A stretch of DNA of 64,000 nt from Cyanophora paradoxa CCMP329 (Eukaryota > Plantae > Glaucophyta), in NCBI GenBank assembly GCA_004431415.1, contig QPMI01000096.1, forward strand, positions 124,001-188,000. The letters run 5' to 3'. The notes below the pieces were generated by a model. The model was not told the origin of the DNA. It did not search any database and worked only from the letters and a program-made list of their open reading frames with translations. Within the stretch, counting starts at the first letter, position 1. Every line of letters begins with the position of its first letter. Shown in pieces: positions 1 through 12,286 of this stretch. Made by a program: the position numbers and the translations under genes.

Positions 1-60
1 CCTATAGCTAGTCATGTATTCGAATATATCTTACTAAGTTAACGTTATTTAACCCTATAG

Positions 61-3000
61 GCCTCTTTTTGGTCTCATAACCCTAGTGGTCAGGCCACTC
101 AGGGGGTTGCCGCTCTCTTTCCTGGTGATTCCCCTTTTCAAATTCGGTTGTTGACTCCAGCTGATAGTCCTCGACTTCAACTTTTCTTGTTCGAGACCAA
201 ATTTGGTCCCATTTATTTTTGCAATGTATATGCTCCTACAGATGATTCTGAGCGTCGCGGTTTCTATGAAACTCTTCTTTATACTCTCGAGTCCGTGGTT
301 CCTTTCGACAGCCGCCTCATCTTAGGAGGAGATTTTAATTTCCACGAGCTCCCCTCTGATGCTCCCGGCCCTAGTCGTGGAACCCCTCCCCCGACGCCTT
401 TGAGTTGATCCGAGCTCGTTATGGCCTTTTCGATGCCGGGCCTCACACTAGAGCGTGCTTTAAAACCTGGAGCCGGCCGCGGCCGGCGGGCGGGACGATT
501 GAGTCCCGGCTCGATTATTTTTTCCTCTCGTCCTCCCTCCGCGATTGGGCCGTCTCGCTTCGGCCGTGGACGGCTTACTCTGCAGTTGGCGAGCCACGCA
601 ATTCTGATCATATAGGCATCTATCTCACACTTAAAGCCCCCGGAATCTCTCGCCGTGGCCCCGGTCGCTGGCGCATGAACTGGGCGGCGTATGGGACATG
701 CCCGGAATATTCTGGTTTCATTTCTACTATAATTCGTGACTGGCGCGCCGCGTGGCCATTAGTTACAGATCGCGTCCGTCGGTGGGACGCCCTCAAATCC
801 GAGCTCCAGCGTCGTGTTCGGGCCTGGGAGCTTGATGAGAAGCGCAGGCGGAAGGACGCTTACATCTCCGCTGTTCGAGCTCTCGAGGCTCTCATCCGTC
901 GCCACGCCGCTGGCTCTATTGATGATGTCGCTTTCCGTACACTGCGCACTTCTATGATGCGCAGCTTGAATTCGCTTGTGTCTGACTATGCCAGACAGCA
1001 TTCACGCAAAGAAATTCGTTTCGCCGCAACTCAAGATGGACGGTCTAGTAAAGCTTTTTTTGAGCATTATTTACCGGATTCTCATGCTCAGTTCCCGGAG
1101 GGGCTTCGGGCCCTCGACACCGAAGGCCCAGAGGCCGCGTCGGACGACCCCCGCACTTTGCTCGAGCTTTCTTCCGCCTATTACGCTCAACTATATGACG
1201 GCGCTGCAGCTCAGGCCGCGGTTGATCGGTCGCTAGCTGAGCGGTCTGGCGTTGCCTCTCTCTATTCCCCTCACCGCCTGCTCCCTACTGAGTCTGCTGA
1301 TCTTGACTCTGACTTATCGTCTGGAGAACTATTTCGTGCTTTTAAGGAGATGTCTGGCGGAGCCAAGTCTCCTGGCATCGATGGTCTCCCTGCTGAATTC
1401 TACGTTCACTTTTTTGATGAGATTGGCCCCGATTTCTGTGCTTACATCGCTGCTATGTATGAGTCTGGGCAGCCGTCCGAGTCTTTGCGGCACGTCCTCA
1501 TTACTCCTATTACTAAACCGGCAACGGACCCTACTTTGATTGCAAATCGCCGCCCAATTTCTCTCTCTAATGTCGAAGAGCGTGCAGTCGAGCGCGCCCT
1601 CTCCAACCGCTTAACGCCACTCATGTCTGGTCTTGTATCCCGCTTTCAGTCTGGCTTTATTCATCGTCGGTCCGCAGTGCACCAGGTTATGCTTGTTTAT
1701 CTTCTCATGCATTACGAGGGCGGTAATCCTGCACTTGAACAGCTGTGCTTCGGATTTCTTGATTTTTCAAAAGCCTATGACCGCGTTAACTGGAGCTTCC
1801 TTTTCTGGTCGCTCGAACAGTTCGGTTTCGGGTCCCAATTTATCAAGTGGGTCCGCCTGCTCTACTCTGATCTGCAGGGTTCTGTTCACATTAACGGCTG
1901 GACCTCCGCCCCTTTCCCCATTCGATGCGGTGTACGTCAGGGTGGCCCCCTTTCGCCCTATCTATATAATTTGTGCACACACCTTTTAGCCCTTTTGATT
2001 AATGCTGATGCTCGTATACGAGGTGTCCGCTTGTCCTCTAGCTCTCTTTGCAAGGTGCTCCAGTTTGCAGACGACACGGTTCCTTTAATCTCGTCTTTTA
2101 CCGAATTGCCTTTCTGGAAAGAGTGCTTTGATAAATACTGCCGGCTCTCTGGAGCTCTTATTAATCTCGAGAAATCTAGCCTTCTTCCACTCCGCGATAT
2201 CCCCGCACATGCCTGGCCTAGCGTCGAGGACTGCCCCTGGCGGCGTCTTCAGGTGACGGATCTCCCTCCCGCTGAAAAAATTCGAAAATACCTGGGCTTT
2301 CCACTAGAGCCCGATCTGTCTCGGTTCTGGCGGAAAAAGACCGCTGCTCTTGATATCCGTGTCCAGCAAGCGAAGACTTATCGCATGCCGATGCGTTCCG
2401 GCGTTCTCCTTGCCTGGGCTGTATTTATTGGGTCCCTACATTATGCTCTATATTTGCTTGACCCCCTGATGCTCAGTATTCGACATGGCAAGAGAAGCTT
2501 CGCGCTTTTGCTGGCGTGAGCGGGCAGCTTTCGAAGTATATTTCTCCTCTGCCGTGGCGTCAAGGTGGTCTCAACTGCCCGGATATTCGAGCTTTTTCGT
2601 TATCGCTGAAAATGAAGTGGGTGGCCTTGCTCGCTGACCCCTCTTGTTCAGCTCCTTGGAAGGAGTACCTCTTGAGCAAACTGGACGCTCAGCTGGCACC
2701 TTTTTCCTATGGCCCCGCCCTTGTCTCGCTCCGCCTCCCACTTGACAGACTTGACTTGCCTCCTATTTGGAAGCGGACTCTCTCCGAGTGGGCTCAGCGC
2801 CAGGGCGTGTGTCAACCTCGTAACTCTCCCGAAGTGTTATCCCAACCTCTTTTCTTCAATCCTCTGTTCAGTACTCCCGGCGACGAGGTCGACTGGAGTC
2901 GCTGTGCACGGTCCGGCTTGCTGCGGGTCTGCGATATCTGGGATTGTGCTGCCCGGGGGTTCCGGGCTCCAGCAGCTGCCTCCTCCGCCCTCCACTCCTT

Positions 3001-4354
3001 TTTCCCTAGTCTGTGTTCTGCGCTCCCGGCTACTTGGCGCCAGGTTCTCGAGGCCCCTGCATCGCCGCCTCAGCATCTCTGGTGGTCCGGACCGGACGCC
3101 TCGTTTGCTCTCCTTCGAGGCCCAAGTGGTACTTTTGTTGCCTTCCCCGTTCGCGATAACCAGATAATTCCACGGGTGCTGGACTACATACCGCGCGTTC
3201 CTTGCCGCCCTGCGGCTTCCCACCCTGTGGGCCTATCCTCGAGCTCCAATTCAATTCTGTCCCGTTTGCTCCCGCTGCATGTTTGCTTCAGCGCTGTCTT
3301 CCTCTCTCTTCGTCGCGGGACCCTGCCTGGCCTTTTTGTTCTTGGCGCAGGCCCTTCGGCCTTTCTTTCTCTTGATAATCTTGCGTTCACTTTCGCTCGT
3401 ATGCTCCCTCTCCGCCTCTCCTCTGTTCGTCGCTTCTACTGCCTTGAGGTCCAGCGGCTTCGCGATGTGTCTAGCCACGCTCAGATGCCCGATGCTAAGT
3501 GGGGGTTTCCCGGCGCCTTGTCTCCGTCCCGTCTTCCTAATCTTGTCGTCCTTCAGTGTTTCCCGATGCTTTGGATCGATGCTCTTTACCGTTTGCATTT
3601 CAAATTGTATCGTTTGGGCGAGCAACAGTCGCCCCGCCGTCGTTCCTGTCGGGTTTGTAATGACGGATCTGCTCGCTCTCACGCGCACGTTTTCTCTGAG
3701 TGCCCGCTTTCTCGTTCGTTCTGGGATTTCATTCGTGAGCGCCTGAATTTCTGGGCTTCTACTCTTCCACCGGATGAGCGTGAAGAGGTCGCAGTGCCTG
3801 AGCTCTCTCTCTTCCACATCCTCTCGGTTCCGGATTTATCTGGGCCCATTTTGCGCAGTAAAGTTAACCCCGCCTTCTGCCTTCGCTCACTTGGAGCGAT
3901 CCTTGCTGGCGTATTTTCCATCCAACAGGTTGCTCGCGCTCGGTGCGATCTTGAGGAGGCTGACATTGATGCGCCTTCTTACAACCGCGCCGCGCTTGTT
4001 GCCGCCTGGGACAGAAATATGTCGTACCTCGAGTTCACCCTTTCGCAGGCTTCGGCCTTGTTGGAGGAGCGGCGCGCTCGCTTGGCTGCTGCTGACGCTG
4101 ATGATCAGGCTGCCTCGGATGATGACGCACATGATTCAGAGTCTGGTACCGGTTCTCATCGTTCTAGTTCAAGCTCTGATTCTGACTCGTCCGGCGCTCC
4201 TTCTTCGGGCGGTGCTGACAACCTCGTCTCTTCGCGTGACATCGATTCTGTCCTCCGGAATCCTGCGGAGTTTGCCGTTCGTGGGAATGTCCCGTTGGGG
4301 ATCCCTGGTGGTCGCCCGCCTCCTGCGCCGTCCCCTCCTGCTCTGGCCCTGTAG
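61..4354 (+). pseudogene. LINE ORF2: apurinic-like endonuclease + reverse transcriptase + C-terminal zinc-binding (zf-RVT-like) domain; frameshifts near ~400 and ~2500
   Basis: APE motifs GVA, NVYAPT, LILGGDFN, SRLDYFF, SDH. RT motifs KSPGIDGLPAEFY, RPISL, FQSGF, LDFSKAYDRV, GVRQGGPLSPYLY, QFADD, INLEKS, KYLG. C-terminal CRVC...HVFSEC...FW. Split over ORFs 148-408, 405-2519 and 2516-4354. Confidence 0.93.
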
Positions 4355-6064
4355 TGACCCTTGGCCCATTCCTATTCCTGCTCTCGCTGCCCCTCTCGAC
4401 GCTCCTTTCCCCCATTCCCTGCGGTCCCGATCCCTGTGCTCCTTGGCCCTCTGGCCCCGCCTCTGCCTCCTCCCTCCTTACAACTTGCTGTCACGGGGCC
4501 TCTTCACTTGCCTGTTCCCCGGCAGGTCCCTGGTCATCTTGCAGCTCCATACCCCTTCTTACCTCTTCCCCTTGCTCCTCCACTTCCGCCCCTGCGAGGC
4601 CCTCTTTCTGACGTCCTCCTGGTTCAGCCCCTCTTCAGCCCATCCTTCTTGCCCCCGCTTCTGCAACTGTGACGCTGGGCGGCACTATCTTTTTGCATGC
4701 CCCTCCCGCCTCTACGTCCCCGGTCTCTTTGCGTCTGCATCCACTTTCCCGGATCCGCTTGCAGGCCCCCTCGCCTCCAGAGCTCGCCATCACTTCGGCC
4801 TCCCTCGCCTCCGCTCTCGATTCTCCATACCCTTCGAATAGCCGCCTCCTCTCTCCTCCTCCGCCCTCCCTCCCCCCCTCGAGCTCCGGGTCCTCGGCCT
4901 CTGCCCCGCTTCCGAGTGTTGGCGAGACTGTCCTCTTTTCGATCTCCCCGTCATTCCGGCTCCCTGCTCCCCTTCGGCGCCTCGGGTCCCATCTGCGGGT
5001 CCTATCCCGCTTCCTGGCGCTCGTGAGATTCGCCGCCGGCGCCCTCGTCGGGCCCTTGCGCCCTCGAGCTCGTCTCTCTCTGCACCGCCCATGGCCATGA
5101 CCTCCGTGTCATCTGCTCCGGCGCCACCCGACCTTTCTCCTGCTTTGCTGCCCTCTCTTCGGCGCCGGCAGCGATCCCCGTCACCTGCTCGTGGCCCTTC
5201 CCCTGCCTCCGACCCTTCCTCGGCCCCTCCTCGCCTCTTCCGTCTCGTCGGCCCCCGCCGCATTCCCGTCGGCGGATCTCTCGATCGACCCTGGACTCTC
5301 CGCCTGCCACTGTCTGCGGGTACCTCCGCCGCCGTGTTCGGCGCCGGCTGTCAGTACTTTGCTCGGTAGCTCCCCCGTCGTGGCTCCTCGGGGCCTCTTC
5401 GTCGTCGTCGTTCGCTGGGTTCCGGCTCCGGGTCAGATTTCTCGCCGGGCTTACCTTCTCCTGGCTCTGCTCCTGGGCCCTCAGCTCCGGGACCGGCTTC
5501 CCCGATCTCCTTCCGGACTCGTGGTCGTACCCGTCGCCGGCTTGCCGAGCCTGCGGCTCCTTCTACTTCCCCCCGGCGGTTTGCCGGGCCGGACCCTCCG
5601 GCCTTTGTTCTTGATACCGGACTACCGCCTTTGTCCTTGTCTTCTGCTTCGCTGGTCGCGATCGTATCCCGCCGGCGCCGGCGTACTTCTTCGTCTTCTA
5701 GTTTAGTTCGGTCTGGTTCGGATTCTGATCGTAGTGTTGATGCTAGAGTTAGTTTCAATACTAGCTATAGTCCTCGTGCTCGACCTGTTGTTCGCCGTCG
5801 TTTGCAGTTCGATTGCCCGCCTCGACCCCGGCCGGCTTTAGTGATTCCTTTGGCTGTTCTTTTGCCTGCTCTTGATCCGCCTGCTCCGCCTCCTGTGTCC
5901 TCCTCGACCTCGTGCCGTAGCTCTGCCCTTTCGCATCGTCCTGCTTCGCCTCCGCCTCCATGTCGTCTTGTTGTTCCTCTTACTTGTCTTCTTCCTGTTA
6001 TTTATCTTTCTCAATTTTGTCCCCCGCTTCTTAGTGATGTAATTCCTTCTGATATTGATGGTAT

Positions 6065-6134
6065 CTCTAGCTCTGGCTCTTCTTCGTGTCAGTTATCCTC
6101 TAGCTCTGGCTCTTCTTCGTGTCAGTTATCCTCT
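6065..6134 (+). repeat. 33-bp tandem duplication in the LINE 3' region
   Basis: ctctagctctggctcttcttcgtgtcagttatc at 6065-6097 and 6098-6130. Confidence 0.9.
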
Positions 6135-7378
6135 GTCCCTAGATCTGCTCGATTTATCGTCTCTTCTCGCAATCGATCTGTCTCGAGCTCTGTGTCTTTC
6201 CTTTTTTATTGTCGATTTTGGCTCTTTGTCTTATCTTTCTTCGTGCTCTTGTCTTAGTTATTTTGCTATTTTGTCTCTATGCCCCCTGGGCAGCCCCCGC
6301 AGTGCTGGTGTCTAGAGACTGTGGCCGGTAATTCACCAAAAAAAAAAAAAAAATTGCAAATGCAATTGAAGCTTTTAATCATGGACGTCGACAGCTTGCA
6401 GCTTGATCAGGATGATGCGCATGCAAGTCAACTTTAATTTATAATTAGTAACGTTGCTGATGATGCAACGCGCCGCTACGCGCGCGTACGCGTACGTTAA
6501 CGTCGCGAATCACGATATCGATCGATGCACATGCATTATGCATATGTCGACGCGACGACGTCAACGTTTACGGGCTCCGGGAGCTCGTTGCGCCCAGCCG
6601 CTGAGCCGTTGAGCGCGAGCGAGGCTCGCCGAGAGTCACTGAGCCACTGAGTCACCGAGCTCAACTTGGTAATGTAAGCTCGTCGAGCCCCGGCCGCGGG
6701 CGTCACCGGGGCGTGGGCCGGGGCCCGGAGCGGCCCGGCCGCGGCCGGCCGGCCGGCGCCAGCCTGGGCCGACCCTGGCGACTGTGGCGAGGCGCCGCGC
6801 CCGGCCGGCGCCGACTCGCCGCCAGGCGGCCCGCGCAGGCGCGCGCGGGGCAGCGCCGGCGTGAGCGCGCGGCAGCGCCGGCATGCGCGGGGCCTGCCAG
6901 GCCTACTAGGCTAGGGCGCGCATGCGCATCGCATGCCATGAATCCCATGATGCGCGGCGCTGGCGCGCAATTGCTCTGATTTTTCATCGTGCGCATGCAT
7001 CTCCATCATCAGACTCCATGTCGAGTATACGTAGTACGTACTAGTCCATGATATTGCGCTGCCTGCGCAGTGGCAGCGGCAGTACGTATACTAGTGCGCA
7101 TGCGCGCGCGCGCTTTGACTCAGTGATCGCAATTGATCGATAGCCTGCGCATCATGGCATGCGAATTCGAATTCGAAAGTTTATACGTGCGAGATTGGGG
7201 GTACTGATTTTAGCGATGGGTACAACAATCGACAGTTTCCCGAATTCGAATTCCAGGAGTCATCGCGCGCGCTGATATATATTTATATATAACGGCGTGC
7301 ACGGTGCACGTGCGTACGCGTTACCGGTACGTCCGCGTGCCGCGTCGTTAATATAAAACTATTCAGGCGAAGCCTCTT

Positions 7379-9035
7379 TCAGGCGAAGCCTCTTTCTCAA
7401 AACCAAAAACCGCCGAGCGAAATTCCTTTTTTAACCTTTTTTTCCACTCGAGATCCCCCAGGCGAAGCCTCTTTCTCAAAACCAAAAACCGCCGAGCGAA
7501 ATTCCTTTTTTAACCTTTTTTTCCACTCGAGATCCCCCCTGCTAAATAATTTCCGTGTCACACTCCCTCGAGGCAGAATTATTAATTCTGCCTCGACACG
7601 GACGCGATTGATGGACATTACACAGCTGCCCGAACCGCCACAGACCCCTCTAGATCCATTTTTAGCGTCCTGGCTCCCCTAAGACGACCGCTCGCCCGTG
7701 GGCGTCGCGCGAATTTCGAATTTCCCTCTGGATCAATTCCGGTACTTAACCTCCGACAAATGCAGTCCGAGTCAGAAGGTGGGACCCGGTCCCGCCCGGT
7801 CCCGCGACGAAATCGCGCCAGGGACGCCCCAGAACGATACAGAATGACGCGCGAGGGCGAGCGCATCGCCGCAAGCTCGGTTTCGGGCGCCCTCGACGCT
7901 CCAGTGCAAACAGTCGGCCGAAATTTGGATCCGGCCGGTTCCGGCCGGTCCCGCGACGCGCGCAATCGATGCGTACTAGCGCGCATAGGCATAGCAGGGC
8001 CTGCGCACCCCCGAAATCCGGTTTTCGGAGGCCGAACAGTGCAGGAAGGTACCGGACATCAAAAATTCGATCTTGCACAGGCCCGGACATCTTTCCGTGC
8101 GCCCACGCCGCGGCGCATGCGCGGAACAATAGCATAAGCATTTGAGATGTAGACAAAGCATTCCGCACGGTTTACGGATGTGCCGGGCCGCGAGGACCCA
8201 GCCGACCCCGAAAATTCGATCCTTCACGGACCTGCACGTCTTTCCGCGCGCCCTCGCATCCTCACGCAAGCACATCGCTACTATATTCATTTGGGATTTT
8301 ATCAAAGCCTTCCACAAGCTTCGAAGACGCGAAAGAGCACGAGAACCCAGCCGGCGGCAAAAATTCGATCCTGCACGGGCCCGGACATCTTTCCGCGTGC
8401 CCACGCCGCGGTGCATGCGCGGAACAATAGCATAAGCATTTGAGATGTAGAAGAAGCTTTCCGCACGCTTTACAGATGCGCCGGGCCGCGGGGACCCAGC
8501 CGACCCCAAAAATTCGATCCTGGACAGACCTGCACATCTTTCCGCGCGCCCTCGCATCCTCACGCACGGGCATCGCTACAATATTCATCAGAGATGTTTT
8601 AAAAGCCTTTCGCAAGCTCTGCGGACGCAACAGGGCGCGGCAATCCAGCCGACGCAAAAATTCGATCCTGGCCACGCCTGCACATCTTTCCGGTCCGCGC
8701 GCCCTCGCCTCCGCAGGCCGTTAAGCTTTTCGAGACATCCGACGACGCGACAGGGCGCGAAAATCCAGCTGGCCCCGAAAATTCGATCCTTCACGGACAC
8801 GCACGTCTTTCGGCGCGCCCTCGAGATCTGCACTGCCAAATAATTATTAATTAGATCTGCCCCAGGTCGATCTTCGAGTATCATAGTATATAATTATAGT
8901 TATATCCCGTCTCAGCAGCGCGGCGCCCTTCCTCAGATTTCCTATAGGCCAGTGCCCTATAGGCCTACTGTGACAGCCGCGAGGGCGTCCGCGAGGCTTC
9001 GCCGTACTTAGTGCTCCGCAGGAGCACGGATCTTG
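7379..9035 (+). mobile_element. Non-autonomous Helentron/Helitron2-like element (inner, nested copy)
   Basis: Same termini: TCAGGCGAAGCCTC start, GAGGCTTCGCC at 8993-9003, hairpin 9011-9027, CTTG end at 9035. Removing it restores caggcgaagcctctt|tctcaaa in the outer copy. Carries a 79-bp tandem duplication of its own 5' end (7380-7458 / 7459-7537). Confidence 0.72.
8055..8830 (+). repeat. ~149-bp internal subrepeat array of the rolling-circle element (also ~9620-9965)
   Basis: AAAATTCGATC...CATCTTTCCGCG motif recurs at ~8062, 8211, 8359, 8508, 8656, 8777 and ~9623, 9773, 9915. Alternate units are more alike (~298-bp dimer). Confidence 0.85.
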
Positions 9036-10778
9036 TCTCAAACCCAAAAACCGCCGACCCATATTCCTTTTTTTACCTTTTTTTCCACTCGAGATCCCCC
9101 CTGCCAAATAATTTCCGTGTCGCACTCCCTCGAGCCAGAATTATTAATTCTGCCTCGACACGGACGCGATTGCTGCTGGTAACACAGCCACCCGAACCCC
9201 CACAAACCTCTCTAGATCCATTTTTAGCGTCGTGGCTCCCCTAAGACGACCGCTCTCCCGTAGGCGTCCCGCGAAAATCGAATTTCACTCTGGATCAATT
9301 CCGGTACTTAACCTCCGACAAATGCAGTCCGAGTCAGAAGGTGGGACCCGGTCCCGCCCGGACCCGCGACGAAATCGCGCCAGGGACGCCCCAGAACGAT
9401 ACAGAATGCCGCGCGAGGGCGAGCGCATCGCCGCAAGCTCGATTTCGGGCGCCGTCGGCGCTCCAGTGCGAAGAGTCGGCCGAAAATTTGATCCGGCCGG
9501 TTCCGGCCGGTCCCGCGACGCGCGCGATCGATGCGTACTGGCGCGCATAGACATAGCACGGCCTGCCCACCCCCGAAAACCGCTTTTCGGACCCGGGACA
9601 GCGCAGGAAGGTACCCGACGGCAAAAATTCGATCCTGCACGGGCCCGGACATCTTTCCGCGCGCCCACGCCGCGGCGCATGCGCGGAACGATAGCATAAG
9701 CATTTGAGATGTAGAAGAAACCTTCCGCACGCTTTACAGATGCGCGGGGCCGCGGGGACCCAGCCGACCCCGAAAATTCGATCCTGGACAGATCTGCGCA
9801 TCTTTCCGCGCGCCCTCGCATCGTCACGCGAGCGCATCGCTACAATATTCAGATGAGATTAAAGCTTTTCGCAAGCTCTGCGGGCGCGACAAGGCACGAG
9901 AACCCAGCCAACGCAAAAATTCGATCCTGAACGGGCCTGCACAGCTTTCCGCGCGCCCTCGCCTCCGCAGCCCTGCACATTGATACTATATGCATTCGAC
10001 GTTCTGTTTAAGCGATTCGCAAGCTCTGCGCATGCGCCTGGCTGCGAGAACCTCGCCCCTCCCGGGCCTCCCCCCCAACAATATATTAATAATACTAAAT
10101 TAATCCGGTTCGACTCCTCCCCTAGCGTTACCGGTTCAACTCCTCCCCTAGTTAATTATATATTCCCTCTCCTCATTACATTGCTCCCTGGCCAGCGAGC
10201 TCTCCATCGAGCTGGCTATAGCGGGCCAGCCCATTGCCGCAGTACCACGGTGCCAAGCCGGCGAAACCCGGCCATGCAGCTGGGCGCGCGCCGGCGGGGC
10301 TGCACCTGGCCGCCTACTGTGACAGCCGCGCGGGCGTCCGCGAGGCTTCGCCGTACTTAGTGCTCCGCAGGAGCACGGATCTTGTAATGGTATCATTGGT
10401 ATGACGACATAATTTGGAGACGTCATAGTAAGGCACGCTAAGTGGTATCCCCCATATTTACCGTCCCATACAAGCCTGAAAATTTCATTACGACATAATT
10501 TGGCCATGGAGGCGTCATATTTTTCGCATTAATTAAGAAGCTTCGATCGTGTTTTATAAATAACGACATAAATATTAATGCACCGACGTGCCGTGCGCAT
10601 CCGCACTGCATGCGGCGCCGGCATTTAAATATTCCGCAATGTGGGTATTATGTGGCTCAGTGGCTGCCACCGTGGCACTGCGGCGGCAGTGCGGCGGCAC
10701 TGCGGCACTGCGGCCTCAGCTGCTGCTGTAATAGCAGCTGTATACATGTGAGCACTGAGCAGCAGAGGCCCTGAGGCT

Positions 10779-10780
<2 letters not shown>

Positions 10781-10846
<66 letters not shown>
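10781..10846 (+). repeat. (CAG)22 microsatellite
   Basis: Uninterrupted CAG run in intergenic DNA. Confidence 0.95.
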
Positions 10847-10847
<1 letters not shown>

Positions 10848-12286
10848 CTGCCAGCAGCAGCTGCAGCTGCAGGATCCGGAGCGTCCCCACTGGGCCAGCT
10901 GCAGGGCCCAGGCTCGCTGAAGGCTCGGCTGCAGGCTGTAGCTAGCTATAGCTACACAGCAGGTGCGAGTGCAGGGTGTCACTGTCAGGCTCACTGAGGC
11001 TTGCAGCCGCCACGTTCACACGCATCCGCAGGACCGCAGCAACAGCTAGGCTTGTTCTCAGCTGCACAAGAAGGTCCTCGACTAGGCGACGGCCACGCGC
11101 ACGCGCGCGCGTACGCACAGCCGACCGCGGTACGGCCCGTACGGGATGGATTCAATTTCGAAAACGCTCGCGATCGAGCTCAGGACCAAGTTGAACTTTG
11201 CGCAGCAATTGCAGGCGAGCCACGAAGGGCGACTCCTGGGCGAGCAGGGCGCAAGCTTAGGCCTAGGCCACCTGGCCGAGGACTAGCTGGAGGCCTGGCC
11301 TCAGGGCCGCGGCCGAGGCCTGCGCCTGAATTTGAATTCGGATCATCGGATCACCGCAATTAAAGCAAGCTAGCCCGGCAGCCAACGTAAACTTCACTTC
11401 TTATGCAGTCTATAGCTAGCTATAGCGGCTGAAGGAAGCCAGTAGCAAGCGCGCGTACGCGTACTCGTACGACCAGCTGCAGCCAGCCGCGCTGAGCTGA
11501 CCATGGGCGTGATTATGCCGCGCGCTAGCCTGGTAGGGCTTTGCAGCTGCAGCCGGCAATTGCAAGGCTCAGGCTCAGCCGGCCGCGCGCGTTCATGATC
11601 ACTGCAGCCGCTGCAGCTGCTCATTAATATTAGACCAGATCCAGCTATAAATCCAATGCAATCGGCCCCGGCCGCGGCGCCCGGCCGGGGCCCAGCCCAG
11701 CCTGGCAGCCTGGCCCGCGCGCGCGGGGGCCCGGCCACGAGCGCGTGCACGACTCGGCCGCGGCGACCGGTACCGGCTTAGCTTGCGTTCGGGGCTCCGG
11801 CGCCGTCGCAGAGTTCGGCCGCAGCTGCAGCAGCGAATTCGAATTCAAAAACGTTAACTGTATGTGGCTGATCATACAGCTCAAGAAGTGATCGACTCGG
11901 ACGTCGACGTTGGCGCCCCACGCGTACGTATACGTGCACGCGTACGGCCTCGGATCTGAATCAGCGAATTTGAACGCGGCCGCGGCCGCGCCGCAGTGCT
12001 CGCCAGCTGTAGCTCCGGAGGCGCGCGCGCCGCGGCGCGATCTAGGTCAACGCGCGCAGCGTCTCGTGGCATCCAGCGGCGACGCGAGCTCTAAGCACAG
12101 GCTACCGACAACGTACGCGTTGACGAGGCCGGCGTGCCGATGAACGAGAGTTGAGGTCCGCGAGCTCGAGCCGGGCGGCTTTCGAATAAAAGCTACTGTC
12201 ATGATCATGATCATGCTCCCCCGGGCCCGCTAGCGCCTCACGAGTACCGCGCGCCTGCGCACGCTCCCGTCTGCAGGGCTCGCAGG

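Larger units (their letters stand above)
61..6353 (+). mobile_element. Non-LTR retrotransposon (LINE, L1/Tx1-like), 5'-truncated inside the endonuclease, frameshifted
   Basis: APE-RT-zinc-finger ORF2 in three frames, followed by a ~2 kb pyrimidine-rich 3' region and an A16 tail at 6338-6353. The APE frame begins abruptly at ~61 (ASFWSHNPSGQATQGVAAL) after stop-containing AT-rich sequence. No ORF1 and no clear TSD. Confidence 0.93.
7363..10384 (+). mobile_element. Non-autonomous Helentron/Helitron2-like element (outer copy), interrupted after its 16th base by a related copy
   Basis: 5'-TC start; subterminal inverted repeats GGCGAAGCCTC (7366-7376) and GAGGCTTCGCC (10342-10352); 3' hairpin GTGCTCC-GCA-GGAGCAC (10360-10376); ends CTTG. 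Sits in a T|T site (aactat|taatgg) with no TSD. No coding capacity. Confidence 0.7.

Noticed and set aside
48-86. TAACCCT words resembling telomeric repeats at the LINE 5' junction
   Set aside because: Only two dispersed copies, one inside the endonuclease coding frame; not an array.
7618-9837. Many overlapping 100-200-aa ORFs in the repeat block; possible CRISPR-like array
   Set aside because: Arg-rich by-products of a GC-rich non-coding repeat. The units are ~149-bp diverged monomers without unique spacers, and there is no HUH or helicase motif.
10657-10994. Poly-Cys and poly-Ala ORFs
   Set aside because: Translations of the intergenic (CAG)22 microsatellite, with no other coding signal.
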